This document shows, one piece after another, positions 37,900 to 48,415 of a stretch of 64,000 nt of DNA. Positions within the stretch are counted from its first letter, which is position 1. The number at the start of each line of letters is the position of its first letter. This DNA comes from Clostridia bacterium (GTDB taxonomy: Bacteria; Bacillota; Clostridia; TANB77; CAG-508). Below the pieces are notes generated by a model that saw only the letters and a program-made list of their open reading frames with translations, was not told where the DNA came from and ran no database searches. The stretch lies in the NCBI GenBank assembly GCA_017536685.1, contig JAFXGW010000024.1, positions 1,315-65,314 of the forward strand. The letters run 5' to 3'. The position numbers were made by a program, and so were the translations under genes.

Positions 37900-38260
37900 C
37901 TCACGAAGCTTATTATATAATGGAAAAAATTGAAATAAAAGAATTGTTTTTTACATATAAATGATATATAATAATTAATAACATATAAAAAGGAAAAATT
38001 GCATGTGTTGAACTGAAATTGATGAATTATATAAATGAGATTGAGGATTAGAATGTTTTCTGTATAGAACAGTAAGACATTTTTTTTATTTTTATATAAT
38101 TTAATTTGTTTATAAATAATGAAATTTAAAAAAAATAGTTATCAAGCATTATATAAAATGCAAACAAAAAGTAATAGAATTGTTATGATCTAGTAATTGC
38201 AAAGAGGCTTTTTTATAAATAGAATATAATTGAATTATAATATGTTTTAGGAAGTATAAT

Positions 38261-39833
38261 ATGGGCAAAGGGCATAAAACTAGAATTAGTGCTATTGTTG
38301 ATAAAATAGTAGACGGAAATATTGAATTTAATAAGAAATCTATGCAAAAACAAGATTTAGATAAAGTTAATATGATAGATGAGATTGCCAAATCATTAAC
38401 AACGTTAAATGAAATGGGGCAAAAATTAGTTTTAGATGAATTAGATGCAAGAGCAAATTCAAATTCATTAGAGTTTTTGGATAATAATGGTAATCTTAGC
38501 ATATCAGAACTTACAAAATTAACAAGTACAATTGTAGTTTCAACAGTTGAAAATGCTAAAAGAGATGGAATTGATTTAACAAGAGATGGTGGAAATTTAG
38601 AAAATTCAAATGAAACTACTAAAACTATTTTAACAAGTTCAGAAATGGATAAAAAAATAGAAAATTTTGGACAATTATCACATGAAGAAAGAAAGCAAGT
38701 GTTTGATAATTGGGATGCATTGAGCACAGCCCAAAAAAGCTCGGTACGTAAAGAAGTATCTAAAAAATTAAAGCAATGCATTGAAACTGAACAAAATGAA
38801 GAACGTAAAGAAATTATGACAGATTTTGTTGAAGTTTTGGAAAGAGCGGAAGAAGAAACTGAGAGAATTTCTACATTAGATGAGAATGAAGCAAGCGAAG
38901 AGATTGAAGATTATATAGCTGTAGCTTCAACCGAAGAAATAGCACGAGAAAGACAAAATTTGGTAAACTTAGGTAGAGAACAAGGAAAATCTGAGGAAGA
39001 GATTTTAATGCAATTACACGAAAATATACATAAAAAGCAATTAACGATGGCTTCTCACGTGTGCTTTGATGAAGTTAAGTTGGAAACAACTTATAAAGTA
39101 ATTAAAGAAGATATTTATAAATATCAAGAGGAAAGTTTTAAGTTAAGTTTATTGAGAGATGAGGAGTTTTTAAGAAAATGTGGATTAACTAGAAAAGAAG
39201 CCAGAGAAATAATACCAGAAAGAATGCAGATTCTGGTAGATAAATATAATCAAAAACATGCTGACCGGACATATTATAACAACAGAGAAATTATTACCTA
39301 AAACACCAGTAAGCATACCAATAAAAATAAATACAATTTCAACAGAAACTCCTGAATTTGAAAGTTATATTGCGCAAAATGCAGTACCTTTAAATGTTGC
39401 ATCTATAAAAAAAATTACTGCTGAAAAATTTATAGATAGAAGTTGGGATCAAAAGAAAAAAAGTATTACAAAACCACCAAAAAATGGACAAGAAGTGGCA
39501 GAAAATATAACAGGGGGAATATCAGAGATTATTCAAATTGGTGATAGAGTTGATGAATTAGAAGAAGGAACAATATCACCAACTTTAGTGGTTGATGATA
39601 TGCAAATAGATACGCCAACAATACCGAGAAAATCCACACATTCTAAACAAACAATAGATTCTGAAAATTTAAAGAAACTCTTTTCTAAATATGGTTCTAA
39701 AGAAGAAGTTTCTCAAGCTGTTAATTTGATAAAGTGTTTAGAAAAAGATTATTTCACAGGAGAAACAACGAAAACAAAAGAAAGTAATCAATCAGAAACA
39801 GAATTGGGTGACTCTGGAAATGAGCTTCGATAA
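38261..39833 (+). pseudogene. Acidic hypothetical protein, apparently split (38261..39301 and 39240/39258..39833)
   Basis: The second ORF has no SD. The two frames overlap over 39240-39301, which contains an A5 run (39252-39256). Removing one A would fuse them into a protein of about 523 aa. Confidence 0.4.
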
Positions 39834-39890
39834 TAAAAATATTATAAATTATTTGTGAAATTACTATTTTGATATTATTGTTATATAAAT

Positions 39891-39918
39891 AAAACTCCAA
39901 TTTTTAAGTTGGAGTTTT
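39891..39918. terminator. Bidirectional hairpin between convergent genes
   Basis: AAAACTCCAA (39891-39900) pairs with TTGGAGTTTT (39909-39918). Confidence 0.7.
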
Positions 39919-40434
39919 AGCTTTATTAAATAATTTATTAAAAAATCTTTTTATTTTAGTGAAAATCTTTTTATACCAAGGAAAATTATTAAAATCTATA
40001 GGTAAGTTTTCAATATTAGATGATTGATCTAATTTGTTTTTTTCACTAGATATATTTTTGTAATAAAATTCACTATTTTCACTTTTTTGATTGTTAAATA
40101 TGTTTTTATAACTATATTTTTCATTTAATTCTTTTTCTCGTTTTAAATCATTTAAGTGAGCTTGATGCAATAACGCTTGTTTTTCTTCTTCGTCTTTACA
40201 CCAATAATTTAAGCATAATATTCCTAGATACGAAATTGTTTTTGGAGTAAGTTCTTGTTCTTCAAGAGGTATATCAGGATTAAGATGATTTTCGTAATTT
40301 GTTAAAGCATTAGCTTTAAATATGTCAATAAGTTTTTTGGGAATTTTTTCAAGTTCTGAATTATCCATGTAATTTAAAAGCTCTAGAAGTTCAGCAAAAG
40401 CATAAGCATCTTCATGTTTAAATTGTGTAGTCAT
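39904..40434 (-). CDS. Hypothetical protein (176 aa), paralogous N-domain to 45053..45397
   Basis: Shares a motif string with identical spacing: EKIP-12-NY-9-LEEQEL-15-YWC. Confidence 0.6.
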   Translation of the reverse strand: MTTQFKHEDAYAFAELLELLNYMDNSELEKIPKKLIDIFKANALTNYENHLNPDIPLEEQELTPKTISYLGILCLNYWCKDEEEKQALLHQAHLNDLKREKELNEKYSYKNIFNNQKSENSEFYYKNISSEKNKLDQSSNIENLPIDFNNFPWYKKIFTKIKRFFNKLFNKAKTPT

Positions 40435-40466
40435 TTCCCAATTTTCCTTTCTAAATCTATAATTGT

Positions 40467-41090
40467 TTAACGAGTTTGTTCGTGTTCGTCGGTTGATTTT
40501 TCATTTTTGGAATTTTGATTTTTATTATTAATCGTAATATCAACAGCTTGTAAATCCGGTATAGCTGGTTGATTTTTTTGTTCTTTATCTACTGAAATTG
40601 TAGAATCGTTCTCAAGATTTGATTCTTTAGAGACCACATCTGAATCTACATTAATTTCTTCGACAGAAATGTTAGAATTATTGTTTAAAACAGTAGTACG
40701 CCTATTAACTGCAGTGCTTTTAGGAGTAGGGATATATACACGAGGCTGTTCTGCTGATAATATGTTTTCGTCATCTGTTTTAGTTTTATCTATTGAAACA
40801 TCTTCTTTTTTTGTTTCACCAATAACATGTGCTGAAAGAGTATTGGTAGGAGTTGTTTCTTTTGGTGGTGTAAAAACATTTTGAATTTTATTTCCAATAT
40901 TTATTAAAGCAGCTCTTAAACTTCCTCTAGCCATTAATGATGACATACTTGCATTTGTTTTTACAGTACCATTGGCAGGTGGCAAAGCTTTTCTTCCAAA
41001 AGAATTAAATAATTTTGAGAAAAAACCTTCTTTTATTTCTATAGAGGCAGAATCGTCTAGCTCATTTTTTTCATCTATTTCATTATTCAT
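40467..41090 (-). CDS. Hypothetical low-complexity (Ser/Thr/Asn-rich) protein
   Basis: 207-aa ORF with SD AGGAGGTAG upstream. No motif recognised. Confidence 0.5.
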   Translation of the reverse strand: MNNEIDEKNELDDSASIEIKEGFFSKLFNSFGRKALPPANGTVKTNASMSSLMARGSLRAALINIGNKIQNVFTPPKETTPTNTLSAHVIGETKKEDVSIDKTKTDDENILSAEQPRVYIPTPKSTAVNRRTTVLNNNSNISVEEINVDSDVVSKESNLENDSTISVDKEQKNQPAIPDLQAVDITINNKNQNSKNEKSTDEHEQTR

Positions 41091-41350
41091 AAAAAATCTA
41101 CCTCCTATTTTTTATACTATAGTTACATTGTATATGTAACTTGCAAAAACTTCAACATTATTATAAAAATTTAACCAAAATGACATATTACAAAGTGATG
41201 TTAAAGATCATTGAAGGGTTTTATTATAATTTAATTATTTTAACAAAAATGTAAATATAGCAAAATGCAAACTTTTTCTTTAAAACATTTGAAATATATA
41301 GAAAAATACTGTATAATAGAATGGTTAAAAATATTAGGAGGTTTTTTATA

Positions 41351-42940
41351 ATGCTTTTATCAAATGGAGTAACTTTAAGATTTGGAAAAAGAGTACTTTT
41401 CGAAGATGTTACAATAAAATTTACAAAAGGAAATTGTTATGGTTTAATAGGTGCTAATGGTGCAGGAAAATCTACTTTTTTAAAAATCTTATCAGGAGAA
41501 ATAGAACCTAATAAAGGTGAAGTTATTTTAGACAAAGGTGAAAGACTATCTGTATTAAAACAAGATCACTATGCTTTTGAAGGATATACAGTAATTGATA
41601 CTGTTATGATGGGAAATGGTGAACTTTATAAAATAATGAAAGAAAAAGATGCAATCTACTCAAAACCAGACTTTTCAGAAGAAGATGGAATGAAAGCTGC
41701 TAAACTTGAAGAAAGATTTGCAGAACTTGATGGATGGAATGCAGAATCAGATGCAGCTAAAATGTTAAATGATTTAGGAATTGATGTAGACATGCACTAC
41801 AAATATATGAGCGAGATTGAAGCAAAAGACAAAGTTAAAGTTCTTTTAGCTCAAGCTTTATTTGGAAATCCAGATGTTTTATTATTAGACGAGCCTACAA
41901 ACGATTTAGATATAAAAACTATTAATTGGTTACAAGATTTCTTAATGGATTTCGAAAATACTGTAATTGTTGTATCTCACGATAGATATTTCTTAAACAA
42001 AGTTTGTACTCACATTGCAGATGTTGACTTTGGAAAAATCAAAGTATATCCTGGAAACTATGATTTCTGGTATGAATCAAGTCAGCTTGCATTAAAACAA
42101 ATGAGAGATGCAAATAAAAAGAAAGAAGAAAGAATTAAAGAGTTACAAGAATTTATTGCTAGATTTAGTGCTAATGCTTCAAAATCTAAACAAGCTACAT
42201 CTAGAAAGAAATCTTTAGAGAAAATCGAACTTGAAGAAATTAAACCTTCAAACAGAAAATATCCTTATATAGACTTCAAACCAGATAGAGAACAAGGAAA
42301 AGAAATTTTAGAAGTTAAAAATATTTCTAAAACAATAAATGGAGAAAAAATCTTAGATAATATAAGTTTCACTGTTAAAAGAGAAGATAAAATTGCTCTT
42401 TTATCAGATAACGAAATTGCAAAAACAGTGTTATTCCAAATTATTGCTGGTGAAATTGAACCTGATGAGGGAGAACTTGTATGGGGAACAACAATTACTA
42501 AAGATTATTTCCCAAAAGATAATAATTACATGTTTGATTCAGATTTAAGTATAACAGATTGGCTTCGTCAATATTCAAAAGATCCAGATGAAACATATGT
42601 TAGAAGCTTTTTAGGAAGAATGCTTTTCTCAGGAGAAGAAGCTTTAAAACAAGTTAATGTTCTATCAGGAGGAGAGAAAGTAAGATGTGTTCTTTCAAAA
42701 TTAATGCTTTCAGGAGCAAACTTCTTAATTTTTGATGAACCAACAAACCATTTAGATATGGAATCAATCACAGCGTTAAATGATGGAATGACAAAATATA
42801 AAGGTATAATGATGTTTACATCCCATGACCATCAATTAACACAAACTGTTGCTAATAAAATTATAGATATTACAGACAATAAAGTTGTTGTAAGAGAATG
42901 TACTTATGACGAGTATTTAGAAGAACAAGAAAATAATTAG
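41351..42940 (+). CDS. ABC-F family ATPase (two ABC domains, no membrane domain)
   Basis: Start is the ATG at 41351, 9 nt after AGGAGG. The upstream ATG at 41321 lies within or next to the -10 region (TATAAT 41312-41317). Walker A GANGAGKST, signature motifs and a charged inter-domain linker are present. Confidence 0.9.
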   Translation: MLLSNGVTLRFGKRVLFEDVTIKFTKGNCYGLIGANGAGKSTFLKILSGEIEPNKGEVILDKGERLSVLKQDHYAFEGYTVIDTVMMGNGELYKIMKEKDAIYSKPDFSEEDGMKAAKLEERFAELDGWNAESDAAKMLNDLGIDVDMHYKYMSEIEAKDKVKVLLAQALFGNPDVLLLDEPTNDLDIKTINWLQDFLMDFENTVIVVSHDRYFLNKVCTHIADVDFGKIKVYPGNYDFWYESSQLALKQMRDANKKKEERIKELQEFIARFSANASKSKQATSRKKSLEKIELEEIKPSNRKYPYIDFKPDREQGKEILEVKNISKTINGEKILDNISFTVKREDKIALLSDNEIAKTVLFQIIAGEIEPDEGELVWGTTITKDYFPKDNNYMFDSDLSITDWLRQYSKDPDETYVRSFLGRMLFSGEEALKQVNVLSGGEKVRCVLSKLMLSGANFLIFDEPTNHLDMESITALNDGMTKYKGIMMFTSHDHQLTQTVANKIIDITDNKVVVRECTYDEYLEEQENN

Positions 42941-43190
42941 CGAATTTTAGAAGTAGGATTTAAATTATATCAAAAATATTTTCTAATAAATTAGATATAA
43001 TTAAATAAAGTCCTACTTCTTTTTTTTAATATAAGTCTGTGAGTGTTTTTTATAAAAAATATTTAATCTGTTTTTTATTTTGGATTATAATTTAAATATT
43101 TGAAAAAATTTACTTATATGATAAAATTAAGATGAAAATATAAAAGAGAGGGTATATTGGTTAATATCTAATATATAGGTAACAAAAGAT

Positions 43191-44243
43191 ATGTCAATTA
43201 CGTTTTCAGACTTTATTAGTCAGCTATTTACAAATCCAAGTTTGTTTATAATAACAGCATTAATTTCAGGAGTAATACTTGTAAATGGTTGGACAGATGC
43301 ACCTAATGCTATTGCAACATGTGTTTCTACAAGATGTTTGTCTCCAAAAAAATCTATTATAATGGCAGCTATATTTAATTTTTTAGGAGTTTTTACAATG
43401 ACTCTAATAAATTCTACTGTTGCTCAAACAATTTATAGCATAGTAGATTTTGGAAATGATGCAACAGCAGCTTTAACAGCGCTTTCAGCAGCATTAGTTG
43501 CTATTGTTACGTGGGCAGTTTTTGCTTGGCTTTTTGGAATTCCAACTAGTGAGTCTCATGCTTTAATTGCAGGCCTTTCTGGTTCTGCAATAGCAATTCA
43601 AGGTGGAATTGCTGGTATAAATGGAGCAGAATGGGTTAAAGTTTTATATGGAATTGTTATTTCAACAATTTTAGGATTTGGAATGGGATATGGAATTACA
43701 AAAATTATAGAAACTGTTTGCAAAAACATTGATAGAAGAAAAACAACTAAATTTTTTAAAGGTACACAAATTATAGGTGGAGCTTCAATGGCATTTATGC
43801 ATGGAGCACAAGATGGTCAAAAATTTATGGGAGTATTTTTACTAGGAGTTGCACTTGCGAATGGAAGCAGTGGTGCAAGTACTTTTGCAATTCCTCTTTG
43901 GCTAATGCTTTATTGCTCACTATTAATGACACTTGGAACATCAATAGGTGGATATAAAATTATTAAAACAGTAGGAATGAAAATGACTAAGCTGGAAGTA
44001 TATCAAGGCGCTGCAGCAGATATGGCTGGAGCTGGATGTTTACTAGTATCTTCTGTGTTTGGGCTTCCAGTAAGTACTACTCATACAAAAACAACTGCTA
44101 TTATGGGAGTTGGAGCTTCTAGAAGATTATCAAATGTAAATTGGGGAGTTGTAAAAGAAATGGTCTTTGCATGGATTCTAACATTTCCAGGATGTGGGCT
44201 TTTAGGATATTTAGCAACATTAATATTTATGCAAATATTTTAA
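43191..44243 (+). CDS. pit: Inorganic phosphate transporter, PiT family
   Basis: 350-aa polytopic membrane protein with the PiT signature NGWTDAPNAIAT and the repeat FMHGAQDGQK. Confidence 0.9.
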   Translation: MSITFSDFISQLFTNPSLFIITALISGVILVNGWTDAPNAIATCVSTRCLSPKKSIIMAAIFNFLGVFTMTLINSTVAQTIYSIVDFGNDATAALTALSAALVAIVTWAVFAWLFGIPTSESHALIAGLSGSAIAIQGGIAGINGAEWVKVLYGIVISTILGFGMGYGITKIIETVCKNIDRRKTTKFFKGTQIIGGASMAFMHGAQDGQKFMGVFLLGVALANGSSGASTFAIPLWLMLYCSLLMTLGTSIGGYKIIKTVGMKMTKLEVYQGAAADMAGAGCLLVSSVFGLPVSTTHTKTTAIMGVGASRRLSNVNWGVVKEMVFAWILTFPGCGLLGYLATLIFMQIF

Positions 44244-44368
44244 TTTGTTACAATGATTTAATATAGAACATTACACTAACTAAGGTATTATTGATGATTA
44301 CAATTGTTGTAACAAAAGTGTTATATATAATATAAATCACAATTAAGAATTGTGGAAAGGATATTGAG

Positions 44369-44995
44369 ATGAAAAAGAAAAAAGAAGAATATAATTATTT
44401 TAATGAATTTGTAAATAATTCTAAATATATAGTAGAATCTGCAGAAATCTTAAAAGAAACTGTAGCTAATTATAGTCAAGAAATGTTAGAAGAAAATATT
44501 ACCAAAGTTCACAAACTTGAAAACGAAGCAGATCAAGCACTTCATAAAATGAGAAATTATTTAATAAAAGATTTTTTACCACCAATAGATAGAGAAGATA
44601 TAGTTTTAATAGGCCATAGATTAGATGATATAGAAGATTTTATTGATGAAATATTAATTAATTTAAATATATTAAATATTTCAAATGTTAGGGAAGATGC
44701 TATAGAATTTACAGAACTTTTAATTGAATGTGCAAATTCAGTAAAAGATGCTTTAGAAAACTTCGAAAACTTTAAAAGAGCAGATGTAGTAAAAGAAAAG
44801 TCTATTGCTATTAATGTCTTAGAAGAAAAAGCTGACAGACTATTTGAAAAAGCTATGAAAAAACTTTACAAAGAAGAAACTAATCCAGTTGAAATAATTA
44901 AATGGACAACAATTTATAGTTGTATGGAAAATACAACAGATGCGTGTGAAAGAATTGCAGATTCTTTAGAAGATGTTGTTATGAAAAATTCATAG
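44369..44995 (+). CDS. DUF47/PhoU-like Pit accessory protein
   Basis: 208-aa helical protein next to pit, the usual partner family (TIGR00153-like). Confidence 0.75.
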   Translation: MKKKKEEYNYFNEFVNNSKYIVESAEILKETVANYSQEMLEENITKVHKLENEADQALHKMRNYLIKDFLPPIDREDIVLIGHRLDDIEDFIDEILINLNILNISNVREDAIEFTELLIECANSVKDALENFENFKRADVVKEKSIAINVLEEKADRLFEKAMKKLYKEETNPVEIIKWTTIYSCMENTTDACERIADSLEDVVMKNS

Positions 44996-45052
44996 GATTG
45001 GATAGTATAAAAGAAATATATTATAAAACTGTTTTGTAAAGGTAAATAAATA

Positions 45053-45397
45053 ATGAATGATAAAGAGAAAAATTATATAATAGCATGTATGGAATTAAAT
45101 ACGATTTTGAATTTATTACCTCAGAAAGATAAGGAAAAAATACCACAAAATTTCTTAAATGAAATAAAAAAATATAAATTAAAAAATTACGTTTTTAAAT
45201 ATGACTATTCTAAATCTCTAGATGAGCAAAACTTAAATGATGTAACAAGGGAAATGCTATATATTATATATAGAGATTATTTATGTGATGATAAAAAAAT
45301 GTTAGAAGAAAAAGTAAATAAATTAGTTGGAGAAATGAGTATATTTAATGCAGAGAAGATAAATTTAAGTGAATTTATAAAAAGATTAAATAAATGA
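45053..45397 (+). CDS. Hypothetical protein (114 aa), paralogous to the N-domain of 39904..40434
   Basis: Motif string EKIP-12-NY-9-LDEQNL-15-YLC. Its stop overlaps the next start (ATGA). Confidence 0.6.
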   Translation: MNDKEKNYIIACMELNTILNLLPQKDKEKIPQNFLNEIKKYKLKNYVFKYDYSKSLDEQNLNDVTREMLYIIYRDYLCDDKKMLEEKVNKLVGEMSIFNAEKINLSEFIKRLNK

Positions 45398-47044
45398 ATC
45401 TAGGAGTTTTTATGATAATAACAAAAGAATGGGTAATTGAATATTTAAATACTAAAGGAACAAAATTTATAATTCCTAGAGAGGCTACAAGAATTGAGGA
45501 GTCGGCTTTTTCAGATATTTTTGGATATGGAAGTGAAAGACAAGATGAACCTATAGAAATTATATTTGAAGAAAATTCAAAATTAGAAGAAATAGAAAAA
45601 TATGCTTTTAGGATGTGTAATATATCAAATAGAGTTGTAGTACCTCGAAATGTTAAAAAAATAGGAGACATGGCTTTTTTTGCTTGTGAACAAGGAGCAA
45701 TATTACAAGAAGGGACAAAAATAGAAAAAAGACGGAGCATATACATGTGCTTTCTTTAATCAAGAACAATATACAATTCCAATTAATGAAAAGGATTTAA
45801 GTTTAGAAGATGAAGATAAAGTGGAGACGATTATAGTTCCAGAAGGAGCTGTTTTAAAAAATATAAATATTTTGGAATGTCCAGCTTTAAGAAAAATAGA
45901 GTTTCCAACAGGAAAAATTGAGATTCACGAAAATGAAACTTTTGGAAAAATACATATAAATGAAAATGCGTATATAGTTAGATTAATACAAAGCTGTGAT
46001 CAAAAATATAGAATTTTAGATAAAGATACTTTTGAAATACTTAGAGAAGGTCAAACCAATATGGCTTCAAATGGTTACTTATTTAAAGATTCGGTTTTTA
46101 TATATGATAGTATTTATGATGTTGATACAACTCAATTTGATGAAGAAAATGATATATTTTTCTACTTTGGAAATGTAGATGATGAATATTGGTTTAATAA
46201 TGGAAGTGGAAAGTTTGAAGGACAAATATATAAGTTAGAAGAAGTAAAGGAAATTCAAAAAGTTATTTTAGGGATGATAGAAAAAGTAAATGTACCTCCA
46301 GAAATGATACCAAATAGAGAAAAAATAATATATGCTCAAATAATAAAAAATATCCAGGAACATTTAGCTTTGAATTATGATTACGATGTATGCCAATTAA
46401 TAGAAAATAGGAAAAAAGATGATAGCTTATATAGTTGTGAAACAATGCATGAAAAAGAAGCTTGCGATATTGATTCTTCTCAAAACTTAAAAGGACTATT
46501 AAAAGGTAGTACTGTTTGTGCTGGATTTTCAACAATAGTAGAAACTATATCACAATATTTTGGAATAGATTGCAAAAAAATACAAAATGAAGATCATGCA
46601 TGGAATTATGTGAAATTAGATGGAAAATATTATGAGGATGATTTTACTTGGTATAAAGATAAATTACAAGTTGCTGATATTAAAGGTATAGATATGTTCT
46701 TAAGAGGTATGGATAAAGAAGGAAAAAGAATTTTTTCATCAGTTGAACATCATCAATTACAAGATGATTCACTAGAACTAGGAGATGATATTACAGAAGA
46801 AGAAAAATTTAATTTGCTATCAACTAATTGGTCAACAGTAAAAGATTGGGAAAGTATTGATATAACCGCACCAACATTTTCAAAATTAGTTGAAGGATTT
46901 CCAGCAGAACTAAAAGAAATGGCTGAAAGTAAAAAGACTACTTGTTTAATTGCATTAAATAAATTAAAAAATACATTTATTTTTAGTGCCAAAAATTTTG
47001 TTAACAAAGTACATGATTTTATTTTTGGAGAAAAAGATAGATAA
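45394..47044 (+). pseudogene. BspA-type leucine-rich-repeat plus transglutaminase-like cysteine protease domain protein, interrupted by a frameshift
   Basis: The N-terminal ORF has the LRR pattern (IPREATRIEESAFSD; LEEIEKYAFRMC; VKKIGDMAFFAC). The downstream frame, open from 45725, continues the repeat and carries the transglutaminase-core Cys/His/Asp (TVCAGFSTIV...DHAWNYV...YYEDDFTW). The frames overlap over 45725-45759, starting at an A6 run. Confidence 0.65.
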
Positions 47045-47237
47045 ATTATAATATTGGAATATTAATTGATTTATGTTTCTTATAAATATAATTGTTGATT
47101 TTATAGTATACATATGTTATAATTATTGAGCTTTTGACTAAAATTATTAGTTATTATAGAACATTGAAAAAAATCGTCAAGAAGAGTTCTCTTGGCGTTT
47201 ATATATATTTGCAAACAACAAGAATGGAGTGGGAAGA

Positions 47238-48206
47238 ATGAAAATTATTTGGAGAATGATCGTACTTTTTGTGCTTATCATGCTTCTTAGATGCACAGTT
47301 GGATGTGCGCCTTTTACGACAAATAAAAACATTGAGGTTGATGATGAGCTTAGCGCCCATGCAAAAGAAAATGGTTATGCCACATTTATCGATTACATGG
47401 AGCAAGAAATGAACCAGGAAGAATATGAGGAAGTTAAGAAATTACTTGATGAAAATCAAATAAATCAAGAATTACAAACTTTAAAATATTCTTCCGTGTC
47501 TGGTAAAGACGATTATTGTTATATTAATGGAACCTATACAATTCCGTACAATGTACGGATGACTGTTTTATGGGCTAGAAACATTAATATAGACACTTAT
47601 AATGGGAATTTTTACTGCAATCGGCATTATGCAGTTTCTAGTTCTGATAAAGAAGCATATTTGCTTATAGGAAGTTCTGATACTGGTTACCGAATAGTTC
47701 GTATTGTACCTGATACGTTTGAAGAGGTTGATTGTGATGTGGATTTTACGAAAGAAGGCTTTAACTTATTTTGTAGTATGATAGAAAATAAAAAACAAAG
47801 TTGGTTAGCCAATTTTTCTAATTCACCAGTTATTACAAATGAATTACTAGGCAATCTGTATGCAAATGAAGATGACTATGAATGCATTTATGAATATGCG
47901 AAACATCTATCGGAGGCGGAACAACAGGAAATTCAACAGAAGTTGGAACAAGGTCAATTTGAGGATGGAATTGTAACGATTCAAAACAATAAACCATTTA
48001 GAAGTAATTATTATAAGTATGAAGATGGTGTGTATGTTGTTGACTCTGACTACTGTTCTAATGTGAAATGGACTCAGAATATCGAAGAAATTACTGATGA
48101 GGAAGTTTCCGAAAAAAAATATAAAATTGTTAACATGCAAGAAGATGCGTATATTCTATTAACCAACAGTAATGGTTTTATCTTAATTAGGTTTATGGTT
48201 GCCTGA
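47238..48206 (+). CDS. Secreted protein or possible lipoprotein, function unknown
   Basis: ATG at 47238 behind GGAGTGGG. Signal-like N-terminus MKIIWRMIVLFVLIMLLRCTVGC. G+C-richer than its flanks. Confidence 0.55.
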   Translation: MKIIWRMIVLFVLIMLLRCTVGCAPFTTNKNIEVDDELSAHAKENGYATFIDYMEQEMNQEEYEEVKKLLDENQINQELQTLKYSSVSGKDDYCYINGTYTIPYNVRMTVLWARNINIDTYNGNFYCNRHYAVSSSDKEAYLLIGSSDTGYRIVRIVPDTFEEVDCDVDFTKEGFNLFCSMIENKKQSWLANFSNSPVITNELLGNLYANEDDYECIYEYAKHLSEAEQQEIQQKLEQGQFEDGIVTIQNNKPFRSNYYKYEDGVYVVDSDYCSNVKWTQNIEEITDEEVSEKKYKIVNMQEDAYILLTNSNGFILIRFMVA

Positions 48207-48284
48207 AAATAATTTGATATTTGTAAATGTAGTTGAAAGTGAATTCTAGATATTTGTTGTTTGCAAAGTATGTGTAAAGTAAAA

Positions 48285-48320
48285 GAGCCAGTGAAAAAGA
48301 AATTTTATCACTGGTTCTTT
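48285..48320 (+). terminator. Intrinsic terminator
   Basis: GAGCCAGTGA (48285-48294) pairs with TCACTGGTTC (48308-48317), followed by a T-rich tail. Confidence 0.8.
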
Positions 48321-48353
48321 ATCATTTTATTGTAACATTTTGATTATGATTTC

Positions 48354-48382
48354 TTGACAATAAAATTTTAAAAAGATAAAAT
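48354..48382 (+). promoter_or_regulatory. Sigma-A promoter of tex
   Basis: TTGACA at 48354-48359, a 17-nt spacer, then TAAAAT at 48377-48382. Confidence 0.6.
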
Positions 48383-48415
48383 CAATAAGGTAAAAAATAG
48401 AAGTGAGGTAACGAA

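Noticed and set aside
38149-38781. 210-aa minus-strand ORF overlapping the 5' part of the 38261..39301 gene.
   Set aside because: Its composition (S/L/F/C-rich, no charged residues in long stretches) is that of an antisense shadow of the acidic plus-strand gene. There is no SD.
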